From positions 186,001-250,000 of the forward strand of contig JABVCE010000032.1 in the NCBI GenBank assembly GCA_014905635.1: a DNA stretch of 64,000 nucleotides, written 5' to 3'. The translations under genes were made by a program, and so were the position numbers. Origin of the DNA: Scenedesmus sp. PABB004. Its lineage: Eukaryota. Below, piece by piece: positions 21,701-33,329 of this stretch (position 1 is the first letter of the stretch; each line of letters starts with the position of its first letter). The notes below the pieces were generated by a model. It was not told the origin of the DNA, did no database searches, and saw only the letters and a program-made list of their open reading frames with translations.

Positions 21701-23283
21701 CACCGACACGACGTACGCAAGCTTGTCCTGCAACGGCAGCCGCCGTGCGGCGTGTGGGCGGTGGGGACGGCTGCCCGCGCCTGGCGAGACGCACGTGCAG
21801 CCGCACCGTTCCGGTGTAGTACAGCCGCAGCGGCAGGTCGGTGCGGCGCGGCGGCTTGTTGGTGGGAATGGGCACCACGCGCAGGCCGTAGATCTCGTAA
21901 AACTCTGCCGCCGCGGAGCGCGCGGTCCCGGTCATGCCCGCGAGCTTGGCGTAAAACCTGCGGCGGCGCGTGGCGGCGGCTCAGCAACGCTCCGAGCCGA
22001 GGGAGGGCCAACGTGTGCCGCGCGCGCGCACCGCCCACCCCACCTGAAGAACAGCTGGAACGTGACGCTCGCGGTGGCGTGGCTGTCGGGCCTCCACGCC
22101 CTCCTTGGCCTCCAGCGCCTGGTGCAGGCCGCCCGAGTAGCGGCTGATGGGGCGCACGCGGCCGGTGGACTCATCCACGATCACCACGCCGCCGCCCCGC
22201 ACGATGTACTGCACGCCCGCAGCAAAGTACTGGTACGCCTGCGCACGAGCACACGCGGCCGTGTGGCGGCGCAGCGCAGCGGGGCGCAGCGCGCCGTGCA
22301 CGCCACGCCAGGCCCGCTGACGCCCCCCGCACCTTCAGCGCGGTGACCGCCATGTTGCCCCAGGGCACGTCGTCCTCCCAGAGGTCCATGACGGTCGGCG
22401 CGCGGCCCTCGCGCGCAGCGGCCCTGGCATGGCGCAGGTGCGGAGGCGGCAGCGGCGCCCGCGTCGCGCACACACCACGTAGGCAGGCGGGCGCGGAGGC
22501 CACTACCTGCCCCCCCCCCCCCCCCCCGCGCCGAGCGCCGCGCCTGAACGCCACGCCCGGCTGCTCGGACAGCAGCACGAACAGCAGCGCCATGCCCTCC
22601 TGGCTGAGGCTGAGGCTGCGCTGCTTCGTGTCCAGCACCAGGTACCTGCGACACGCGCGCGGCAGGCGCAAGGTGAGCGCGGCCAACCCCGCCAGCGTCG
22701 CCAGAGCACACCAGCACGCGGGCCGCACCGCGCCTTGACCTCCGCCTCCACCGCGGCGCGGGGCTGGGCTGGCTGGCGCGCCGCTGCCGCCTCCACGGCG
22801 CGCGTGATGCGGCCCCACAGCCGCCGCACGGCCTGCGGGGCGGCGGGCGTGGGGCGCGTGTTAGAGCAGCCGCGACAGCACCCCCGAGCGTGCGCGTGCT
22901 AGCACGCCGCGCCTGGTCGACGGTGGCGACGAGGGCGCAGGTGTCGCCGCGCGGCTGGCTGATGATCATGGGGTTGCGGCTCTCGTCGATCAGGATCGAG
23001 TCCGCCTCGTCCACAATCGCAAAGCCCAGCGCATCCGGCAGCATCTGCGGCACGGGGCGGGCGGTATTGCCCTCGCGCGAAAGACCCGCCGACCGCCGCC
23101 GGGCCCACCGCAGGCCGCGTCGCCACGCCGCCGCCGCACCAGCTCGCCCGCGCTGTGCGCAATGTTGTCTATGAGGTAGTTGAAGCACAGCTCCTGCCCC
23201 GTCACGTACGTCACGTGCACGCGTACGCCGCGCGCGCACCGTCCGCGGGGCTGCTGCTCTGCACCGCGCCCACGGTCAGGCCC
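18767..23283 (-). pseudogene. SECA2: Inverted 4.5-kb internal duplicate of SecA2 with frameshifts
   Basis: Reverse-complement copy of about 34497-39075 with introns; 5-bp deletion near 22093 (EVRPD) and 1-bp deletion near 23217; both ends missing. Confidence 0.9.
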
Positions 23284-23319
23284 ACACTCTGCCCGAGTCC
23301 GGGCACGGCACAGCCGATC

Positions 23320-26300
23320 CACGCAAGCCAGCAGCAGCAGCAGCGGCGGCAGCACCACCAGCGCGCGCCATGCTGCGGGGCGCGCGGCCCGCCGCGCCCG
23401 GCCAGCGGCAGGCGCGACGCCGCGCTGGAGCTCCGTTGCTGCCCCGCCCGGGGGCTGCGGCGCCCGAGCAGCGGCAGCGCTGCGTGGATGCGGCCGCGCG
23501 CTGCTGGCCCCGCTGCCGGGGCGGCGCTGTGCGCCAGTCGTTGCCTGCGGCCTGGGAAGGTGCGTTGCGGGCCGGCGGGCGCGCCCAATGCGCGGGCGCG
23601 GCGGCTGGGGCGCGCAATGATTCACGCGGCCGCCCCGGCGCATGCGCGGCCCTGATCGCCCGCCGCGCACGCCCGGCGTGATGGTCCGCCCGGGCACCCA
23701 CGCGTCGCGCCCGCCGGGCGCAGGGGCGCGCCGGCGTGCCGCGGCGGGGAGCAGCAGCCAGCGCCGGCGCGCGGGCAGCAGCGCTGGGGCCCGCTGGCGC
23801 CGGGCCCGCGCCCGGCGGGCCCCCACATCGCCGCCTCGCTGCACGTGCGCGGTCGGCGCGTGGTGGTGTGCGCCGCGCTGGTGAGCGGCCGGTGGGCTCG
23901 CGGCGGCCGGCGCGGCAGGCCGCCATGCGCCATGCGCGCGCCGCCGTCGACCGCGTGCTCCACCGTCCGCCACCCGCACGCCGCCGCCAGGCCGGTGTCG
24001 CCGACAGCGCCGCGGAGGCTGCAGCCAGCGGCGGCACCGAGGCGCTGGCGCAGCGCGTCAAGGGCAACGCCGCGCTCGTGACGGGCCAGCTCGCCAACGG
24101 GCTCCGCTACGTGCTGCTGCCCAACCGCACGCCGCCGCAGCGCTTTGAGGCGCACCTGGAGGTGCACGCGGGCAGCGTGGACGAGCGCGAGCACGAGCAG
24201 GTGTGCGCCGGTGTCTGTCGGAGCAGCGCGCGCTCGCCGCGCGCCGGCCCCGGCTCATTGCGCCCGCCGCCGCTGCGCGCAGGGCGTGGCGCACCTGGTC
24301 GAGCACGTGACGTTCCTGGGCAGCAAGCGGCGCGAGAGCCTGCTGGGCACGGGCGCGCGGGCCAACGCGTACACCGACTTCCACCACACCGTGTTCCACG
24401 TGCACGCGCCGCTCACCAACTGCATCACTGGCACGCCCATGCTGCCCCAGGTGGGGACGGTTGGCCGCGCGCGCCGCCTCGCTGCCTTTCTGCACTCCAC
24501 AGCTGGCTGTGCCGCCGCCGGCGCCGCGCTGCCCAGGTGCTGGAGGCGCTGGCGGAGATTGCGTTCGAGCCGCAGTTCCTGCCGATGCGCATCGAGAAGG
24601 AGCGCAAGGCGGTGCTGGCCGAGGCGCAGATGATGAACACCATCGAGTACCGCATCGACTGCCAGCTGCTCACCTACCTCCACGCGGAGAACAACCTCGG
24701 CTGCAGGCGCGGCGCTGCGACGCGGCGCGGCCGCCGCCAGGCGCATGCGTGCGTGCGAGCGCTCCCCCTGACCGCTGCACCGCACCGCCGCCGTCGCGAC
24801 TGCGGCCGCAGGTTCCCGATCGGCAAGACAGAGCAGGTCAAGTCGTGGGGGCACGACGCGGTGCAGGCGTTCTGGCGCACCTGGTATTTTCCCGCCAACG
24901 TCACGCTCTACATCGTGGGCGACCTCGACCGCACCAACGACGAGGTCGTCGCGCTCATCAGCGCCGCGTTTGGCAAGTTCCCCGCCGGCCGCCTCGCCGA
25001 TCACGGGCCCGCCGCGGCGGCGGCGCTGCCAGGCGCCGACGACAGCGGCAACGGTAGCGGCGCCAACGGCAACGGCGCGGGCGCGCTCGCAGTCGCGCCG
25101 CCCGTGGGCGTGGTGGGCGGCGAGCTGTGCGGCGGCTGGGCGTCGCGCGTGACGATCAACGGCGACGCCGGCAGCGTGCTCGGCGAGGGCGTGCTCGCGG
25201 TCGCGGCCGACGGCGCCAAGCTGCGCCACCCCGTGCGGCCGCCCGTGGTGCACCGCCACGGCTGCGGCCCGCTCGCGCCGGGCGAGCTCGGCACGCCGCC
25301 TGTGAGCATCTTCCGTCACCCCCTGCTGCAGCACTTCATGCTGACCGTGTTCTGCAAGCTCCCCGTGGTCAGCCTCGCGCGCATGAGCGACCTCAAGTAC
25401 AGCTTCATGGTGCGCGTCATCCTGTCGGCCTTCCAGTTCAGGATCAACCAGCGGTGCGGGGCGCGGGGGCAGCGCCGTGGCAGCGTGGCGCAGCGCAGCA
25501 GGCGCGGCGCAGGCACCGGCCGGCCGCCGACCACGCCGCCGCGCCGCGCGTGCAGGTACGTGCGCGCCGACCCGCCCTTCATCGGCATCGACCTGGACAT
25601 CAGCGACAGCGGGCGCGAGGGCTGCAGCGTCAGCATGCTCACCATCACCGCGCAGCCGCTGCACTGGCGAGACACCGTGCGGGTGCGGGGGCGGCGCAGT
25701 GGGCGGGCGCCGCGGCGGTGCGCGTGGCGGCCGTGCGCGGGCGCCGTTCCAGCAACCGCCGCTGACGCGCGCGCGCAGGCGGCGGTGGAGGAGATGCGAC
25801 GCCTTCAGCGCTTCGGCCTGACGCCGAGCGAGCTCGAGCGCTACAGCCTGGCCATCATGCGCGACAGCGCGCAGCTCGCGGAGCAGGCCAACTCCATCCC
25901 CTCCATCAACAGCCTCGACTTTGTGATGGAGAGCCTCGCGCTGGGCCACACGGTCATGAGCCACAGGTGCGGGGGAGCCGGCGGGGGCCCGCTGACGCTG
26001 CACGCGCTCACGGCGCGCCCTGTGCGCCCGTCGCGCCCGCAGCGAGGCGCACGAGGCGATGGAGGCGGTGGCGGGCACGATTACGCTGGAGGAGGTCAAC
26101 GCCGTGGCGGCCAGCCTGCTCACGTTTGCCAGCGACGTGGGGCGCGAACAGGAGGTGCTGGACCTGGCGGCGCAGCCCGACCAGGCGGGCAAGTGGGCGC
26201 GCCCGGGGCCGACGAGGTGCGCGCGCGAGGTCCCCTTGGCAGGCGCGAGGCGTGCGGGCTGCGCAGCTGGCTCGCCCTGCGCCCACCTCAGGCGGCGGCG

Positions 26301-29300
26301 GCGCGCGCAGGGCCACGTCGGTGGTCGCGTGCATCCCCGCCTACGTGAGCGCCGCGGGCGACGCGGTGTCGGTGGGCGGCGCGGTGGGGCCGCTGGACGC
26401 GCGCGCGGGGCTGGGCGCGAGCGGGCACCTCGACGCGGACGCCATCAACCTGGAGGAACTGGAGGCGCGCGGCGCGGCGGTGGAGGCGCTCGCCGAGATG
26501 GAGGCCCCCGAGGGCGCCGTGCGGTGAGGGCGGCGGGGGTGCGGCAACGGCAGCACGAGCCCGGCACGAGGGTGGACCGGGCCTGTGTGCGCCGAGTCGG
26601 TGGTGCCGCTGCCGCTGCAGCTGACCACGCACTGCCGTCGCCGGCGCCGCGCGCAGGTTTGACCTGAGCCCCGACGAGATCCTGGACGCGCTCGCCAGCC
26701 CCGAGCTGGACATCCAGCCCCTGCCGGACGTGGAGCTGCCCGCGCACCTGGTGGACCCGGCGGTGATCGCGGGCGCGGTGGCGGCGCGCGCGCCGCGCTT
26801 TGTGCCGCTGGAGGGCGAGCTGCAGCAGCTGCTGGCCGACCCGGCCGGGCTCGCCGACGAGGCGCGCTGCCGGCCGCCCACCAATCCCGACACGGGCATC
26901 ACGCAGCGCCGCCTCAGCAACGGCATCCGCATCAACTACAGGTGCCGCTTGTGCGCGGGCCACGGGCCGTGCTGCGCAAGCGTGGCGCCGCGCCGCGGCG
27001 CCGCCTGCCTGCTCGCACGCACGAGCCCCCGACCCCTGCCGCAGGCACACCGACAACGAGCCCAAGGCCGGGCTGCTGCGCATCGTGGCCGCCGGCGGGC
27101 GTGCGAGCGAGCCTCGCGAGCCCGGCCCTGGCGGCGTGGGCGCGGTGGCAGTGGGCACGCGCACGCTGAGCGAGGGCGGCGCCGTGGGCGAATGGAGCAG
27201 GGAGCAGGTGGGGTGGCGGTGGCGGTGACAGCAGTGGCGGCGGCCGCCGTGCTGGGGCCTCGTCGTCGACCCTGGCGCACGCGCGCCGCCGCCTGCCGCG
27301 TGTGCAGGTCGAGGCGTTTTGCATCGCCAACCTCATCCAGAGCGTGATGGACAGCAACGACGAGTTCCTGGTCCTCGACGTGCACTTTGCCGCGACCAAC
27401 GGCGGTCTGCAGTGCGCGTTCGAGATGCTGCACCAGGTGCTCGCGGCGCCGCGGTGGGAGGCGGCGGCGTTTGAGCGCAGCAAGCTCGCGTTTGTCAACA
27501 ACGTGCAGAGTGTGGGCAAGAGCCTCGAGCGCGCGAGCTGCGCGCGGATCATGGAGGCCATTCTGGGCGACGACATGCGCTTCAGGTGTGGGGGTGGCCG
27601 CAGCGTGCGGCGCGGGGGGCGCAGCACCCCGGGCGCAGCGCGGCCAGCGCTTCGGCAGCGCGCGGCCGCCCACTCCGCCGCCGCATGCGTAGGGACCCCT
27701 CGCCCGAAACGCTGGAGGCGCTGACGCTGGAGGGCGTCCGGGGCGTGCTGCAGGAGCAGCTGCACCCCACCAACCTCGAGCTGAACGTCGCCGGCGACTT
27801 TGACGCCGCCGAACTCGAGGACCTGGTGCTGCGCTACCTCGGTGAGACATGGCGGCCGCCGTGCCTCGCGCTGCCGCAGTGCGCGCACGGGCTGCGCTCA
27901 CCCCCCCCCCCCCCCCCCCGCGCTCCGCAGGCACAGTGCACGCGGACACCCCGCCGCCGAGCCGCGCGGCGCTGATGGGGCCGGCCGTGGTGTTTGAGCA
28001 GCCGCCGCCGGAGCGCCGCCACATCACGTGGCACCTGCGCGACAGCGACGAGCGCGCAGCGGCGTACATCGCCGGGCCCGCGCCCTGCAGGTGGCCCGCA
28101 GGGGGGGGGGCAGCTCTTCGCACAGCGGCGCCTTCTCTGCACCCGCCCCGTCTCACTCCGCCCCCTCTCGCCGCCGCCACCACTCACACCCATGCGCGCG
28201 TGCCCGCCGCGCAGGTGGGGGCCATTTGGCAGCCGCGAGCCGCTCGCGCCCCTGCCGGGCCCACCCAGCCCGCCGCCCGCGCCGGCGACCAACCCCGCGG
28301 CGGCGGCGGCGGCCACGGCGGCGCGGCGCGCGCACCCGCTGTACGCGACGGTGTCGCTGCAGCTACTCGCGGAGGTCATCAACAGCCGCCTGTTCACCAC
28401 CGTGCGCGACAGCCTCGGCCTCACGTACGACGTCAGCTTCGAGGTGCGCGGTTGCTCGCTGGCTGTGCTGCGGAGGCAGCGGCGCACGTAGGCGCGCTCG
28501 CGCCGTCATCGCCTGCCGCTGCGCGCGCCGTCCCCGCAGGTCACCACGTACGACCGGCTGCGCACGGGCTGGTTCAGCGTGCTCGTCACGTCCTACCCCG
28601 ACAAGATCCACGAGGCGCTCGCCGCCAGCCTCGCGGTGCTGCGCGACGTGGGCGTGAGCCCCATCACGCCGCGCGAGCTCATGCGCGCCAAGCGCACCCT
28701 CCTCACGCGGTGCGTGCGGGGTCGGCGCTGGCCCCCGCCCGCCGTTGCGCGCACCGCGCCTCGCGCGCCACCACCGCCGCCGCGCCGCCTCGGCTAGGCA
28801 CGAGAGCGACCTCAAGGACAACAACTACTGGCTCGGCCTGCTCACGCACCTGCAGAGCCCCGACGTGCCGCACAAGCGCGTCGAGTGCCTGCGCGACCTG
28901 CGCGCGATGTACGAGACCGCGACCATCGACGACCTCTATAACGCGTTTGCGCACTTTGACTTCTCCGACGCCGGCGTCTTCACCTGCGTCGGCACGAGCG
29001 GCCGCGCGCCGCCGCCGCCGCCCGACCGCGCGCGCCTGGACGCCGTCGTCGCCGCGCTCGACGGCGGCGCCGGCGGCGGCGGTGCGGCGGCGCCAGTGCA
29101 GCGCGGCGCGCCCGCCAGCATGGCGCCCAAGGACTGGGCGGCCGCGTTCAGCAAGGCGTTTGGCGGCGCAGCGGCGCAGGCGTCGCAGGCGGCGGCGGGC
29201 GCGCAGCAGCAGCCGGCGGCCGGCGGTGCGGACCCGATGGCGATGCTCACGGCGATGCTGGCGGCGGCGCAGGGCGCCAAGCTCGCGGCCGCGCTCGGCA

Positions 29301-29401
29301 AGGGCGAGGGGCAGCAGCAGGGGCAGCAGGGGCAGCAGGGGCAGCAGGGGCAGCAGGGGCAGCAGGGGCAGCAGGGGTCGGCGCCGCCCGGTGAGCGCTG
29401 A
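23320..29401 (+). CDS. SPP: Chloroplast stromal processing peptidase (M16), multi-exon; start uncertain
   Basis: GQLANGLRYVLLPN, FEAHLEVHAGSVDE, GVAHLVEHVTFLGS (HxxEH), NAYTDFHHTVFH, RFPIG, INSRLFTTVRDSLGLTYDVSFE. Confidence 0.9.
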
Positions 29402-29689
29402 GGCGCTGCGCCGCAGCGGCAAAGTAACCGGTCGCCCTTAAGCTCCTTTCCACGGTGGAAATTCCTTTCCACGGTGGAATTTCCACCAGAACACGACCAG
29501 ACCCCTGGCCTGTGCTGCAGCCCGGCCCGCCCAGCACCTGACCGAGCGCCAGGCCTCCGCAGTGGTTGCCGCGCCGTGGCGGCGCCGGCAGGCCGCCATC
29601 GCTGCCCCACGGCACGGGCGGGCGTCCCGGACTGCCCAGTACCTTGAGCGCGCCGCGGCCCGCGTGCGCGGCGCGCCGCCGGAGCTATG

Positions 29690-31279
29690 GCGTTTGAGTG
29701 CGGTCGCGCCAGCCGCTGCTGGAGTGCGGGCATACGTTTTGCCGGCACTGCGTGCTCACCGCACTGGGCGGCGGCGCCGCTGCCCATACTGCACGGTGCG
29801 GGCCGCCAACGACGCGCAGCCGCCGCCGCCGCGGCGGAGCGCGCAGGCAGCACCCACGGTGCGCCCGCCGCAGGTGGGGCTCGCCAACGCGGAGCGCATG
29901 ATGGTCCGCCCTGAGCAGCTTACGCTGGCGGGCCTCACCTTGCGCTGCCGCTGTCGCTCAAGTACGGCGCTGACGTGGTCGCTGCCGGAGGGCCTGGTGG
30001 AGCTGGTCCGCCGCCGTCACGTCCGCCGCAACTGGCTCCGGCGCTGGAGCGGCCGCAGCTGCTGGCCGCGACCGGCCACCTGCCGCGCGACGAAGGTGAG
30101 GTGCCCAGCGCCGAATTGCAGCTGGGTGGCAAGCAGGCGCGTGCGTCGGTGCTGTGCTGCGGCCGCTGCTGCTGCGGCCGCTGCGTTGCCGCCCACGCTC
30201 ACGCGGCCGCCCGGTCGCCCCTGCTTACCCGGGGCTGCACGCAGGGCCTGGCGCCAGGCCTCGGCCAGCAGGTGCTGGCCTCAGCGGCAGGCTCGTCCTG
30301 CAGGGGCCACCAGCGCAGCGCGTCGGACGTGCCAGGCGTGGGGCGGCAGCAGGGAGCACCCAGGACAGGTTGAGAGTCTGGCGCACAGCGCCGCCTGCAG
30401 CAGCAGTGCTAGTGGTGAGCGCCAGCCCCGAGCGTCAGCGCAAGCAGCCCCGAGCGTCAGCGCAAGCAGTGGAGGATCCCAGCAGCGCGGGGGGGGGGGG
30501 GGGGGGGGGGCTCGCCCCGGACCAGCAGGCTGAGCTGCGTGCAGGCCAGGACGACTGGCGGAGAGCAGCCGCGGGCGGCGGCGGCGACGATGGCGACAGT
30601 GTGGCCTTAAAGGACCGCGGAGTCGCTGGGCGGCAGCTGGACGCAGGTGTGACCTGCGAGGCGGGCAGCCCTAGCAGCTTCGGGGGCAGCGGTGCGAGCG
30701 GCAGCATACTGGCGCAATGCCAGGCGCGGTGGCATTGCCGGCCTTGCGCTTCAGTGGGAGCGGCGGCGGTGGCGGTGGCGGCTGCACAGCTGGCGCTTTG
30801 CCACTGCAGGCGGGGGCGGTGGGCCGAGGCGGAGCCGCTGCTGCGCGAGGCGCTCGGCGTGCGCCGCGGCGCTGGGGCCCGGCCACCGCGCACGCGTTGG
30901 GCCAGGCGCTGTCGCAGCTGGGGCGCCCCGCCGAGGCGCTGCCGTGCTTCACGCAGAGCCTGCAGGCGCGGCAACACGCTGTCCAGGCTGGCGGGTCGCC
31001 GCCAGCCTGGGCGGCAACGACGGGCAGCTGGAGGAGGGCGGCGTGCAGCTCAGCGCCACGCAGGCCGATGCGCTGCTGGCCGCGGCCGCGTCGCACGAGC
31101 TCGCAGCCTGCTGCAGCCGCCAGGGCCGGCACGGCGCGGCGGAGGAGCTCTTTTGGAGCGCGCTGGAGGCGCACAGCCGGTGTCTGGGCGCGCAACACGG
31201 GCTGGTGGCGGCGACCGAGGGCGCGCTGCGCGCGTGCCTCGCGCGGCAGTGCGGTGGCGGTGGCGGCGGGGGCACTTAG
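29690..31279 (+). pseudogene. RING-finger plus kinesin-light-chain-type TPR protein, frameshifted
   Basis: LECGHTFCRHC...CPYC split across frames; TPR-like GRWAEAEPLLREAL, LGRPAEALPCF, QGRHGAAEELF in different frames. Confidence 0.55.
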
Positions 31280-31319
31280 GTGGCGATGAATTTGCCGAGC
31301 AACAGAGGCTTGGCAACCG

Positions 31320-33124
31320 TCACAGCACGAAGTGCCCGTACGTGTTGACCACGACCTCGAGGCAGATGAGGGCGATGATGATCCACTCCGCCTCGGCGCT
31401 CTTCTTCTCGGCGCGGATGTCGAGCAGGAACTTTGCGTTCTCCAGCATCGGGCCCAGCTGCGGCGGTCAGAGCGGGGCATTGCGTCAGGCGCGCGCGAGT
31501 CGGCACCGACCGCTGCCTCGCCCCACACTCGCAAACCTTGCGGTTGATGGCGTCAAAGCGGCGCTCCAGCTCATAGTCCACGCGCAGCGACTGCCACAGC
31601 TCGTGGTACCTGCGCCGCGTGTCGGCGAGCAGGGAGGTCCGTCAGCGCACGAGCGCAGCGTGCGCGGCACGGGCACGCACAACTGCTGCGCCGCGCGGCT
31701 CCGCACTTGTCCTGCGTCCACGCGGTCTGGCTGATATCGAGCAGGCCGATCTTGGTGACGACGTCGGTGTAGAGCAGCGAGTTCTCCGCAATAAGCTGCA
31801 GCAGCCGGCCCTCGCGCAGGTCGCTGCACTTGCCCGTCTGCGCGACCTCCAGCAGGTACGGCGTGAACGTGCGGATCGCCTCGTCCACCTTGCTGCGGCG
31901 GCGGCGGCAGCGGGCGTGGCGGGGAGTGGGGCGCTACGTACGCCGCAGGAGGACCCACGCGCGCCCCCGCCCAGCCCGCAGCCGCACGAGTTGTAGTAGT
32001 CGAGCGCGACGCTCTGGCCCAGCACGTGGCTGATGACACGCGCGTTGCCCACGTCCAGCGTGCGCACGACGATCTTGTCGGGCTCGAGCGCGGACCAGGG
32101 CTGCAGGTCGCGGCGCACCACGACCGACGTCTCTGTGCGCAGCAAAAACAAGGGGGGGGGGATGGGCGCCGCTGCCGCCGCTGCAGAGCGCGGCATGCCG
32201 CGCGCCGCGCGCCGGCGCTCACCGTCGTGGCGCAGCCCGCCCAGCACGGCCGGCGCGGCGGCGGTGCCGCTGCCGCCGCCACCTCCGCCGCTCCCGCGGC
32301 CGGCCGCCGGCGCGGTGGCGGTGAGGCGGCGCAGCCACTCGTCGCGGTCGCGTGCCTTCATGTTGAACGTGATCACGCTGCCGTACCTGCGGCGGCGCGG
32401 CGCTGGGAGGCATGAGCGGGCGCGGGCTGGCGCGGATGCACCACCGCGCACGCGCCGCGCACCTGTAGACCACCATGATTTGGCGCTCGCCCGGCCCGCC
32501 GCCGCCGGCGCCGCCGCCCAGCAGCACCTTGTCCTCGTGCAGGCCGTCAAACTGGGGGGCAGCGCGCGGGCTCAAGGGCTGAACCGCGACAGGGGGGCAC
32601 CCGTGCCAGCAGCAGCGGCCGCGCCGCACCTCGAGCAGCACGTGGTCGCGCGTGATGGAGGTCGTGCCGGGCGTGAACTCGCGGCAAAACGCCTGCAGGT
32701 CGACCTCCGCGCCCAGATGGCACGCGTACACCTGCAGCGGCTGCTGTGGCGGGGGCCGGGCCGGCGGCCCCGCCGCGTGCTGCTGCTGAGCCACAGGTGG
32801 GCCGGCGCCGCTGCCGGCCGCTCCTGCGTCTGCCGCCGAGTGAGCGGGGCGGTGCTGCTGCTGCTCCAGCGCGGCGGCGGCGCGCGGGAGGCAGCAGGCC
32901 GGCCGCTGCGGCGGCCAGGGCTGCGGGCACGCGCTGCTGCTGCGAACAGCGGCAGCCCGCATGCGCGGCCGCCGCACGCCGGTGCTGCCGCCGTCGCAGG
33001 CCGTCCCAGCGCCAGCGGCCGCGCTGCACTCTTCGGCGAGCAGGCCGGCCGCGCGCAGCGCCGCCGCGAGCGCCGGCGGCGGGCGCTGCAGCAGCAGGCG
33101 GGCGCGCGCTGCGGCGCCCTGCAT
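31320..33124 (-). CDS. RMND1/Sif2/Rmd1 (DUF155) family protein, multi-exon
   Basis: [53 protein letters not shown]-terminal TM. Confidence 0.85.
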
Positions 33125-33329
33125 CGCGCTCTGGACGTCGGCTGCGCTGTGTGGAGCGGGGTGTGGAGGGCGCGTTGAGTGGGGGGACGACGTCGCGGCG
33201 CCGGAGCCGCGGTTGATCGGGACCTGCGCCGCCGGCGGCCGCGCTCCAGCGCCCGACCTCCCACTGCAGGGCTCAGCCCTCCCACTTCGCAGCCAGCCGC
33301 TGCAGGAGGTGGCCAAGATCGCAGCGGCC

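Noticed and set aside
1001..23283. Retroposition as the source of host-gene copies
   Set aside because: Copies retain introns and intergenic DNA and lack poly(A) tails
14438..23283. Pure misassembly explanation for the duplicates
   Set aside because: Copies carry many independent substitutions, indels and novel hairpins at varying divergence. Misassembly is unlikely as the sole cause but is not excluded without reads
29309..29377. 9-bp repeat GGGCAGCAG
   Set aside because: Ordinary coding low-complexity GQQ tail of SPP
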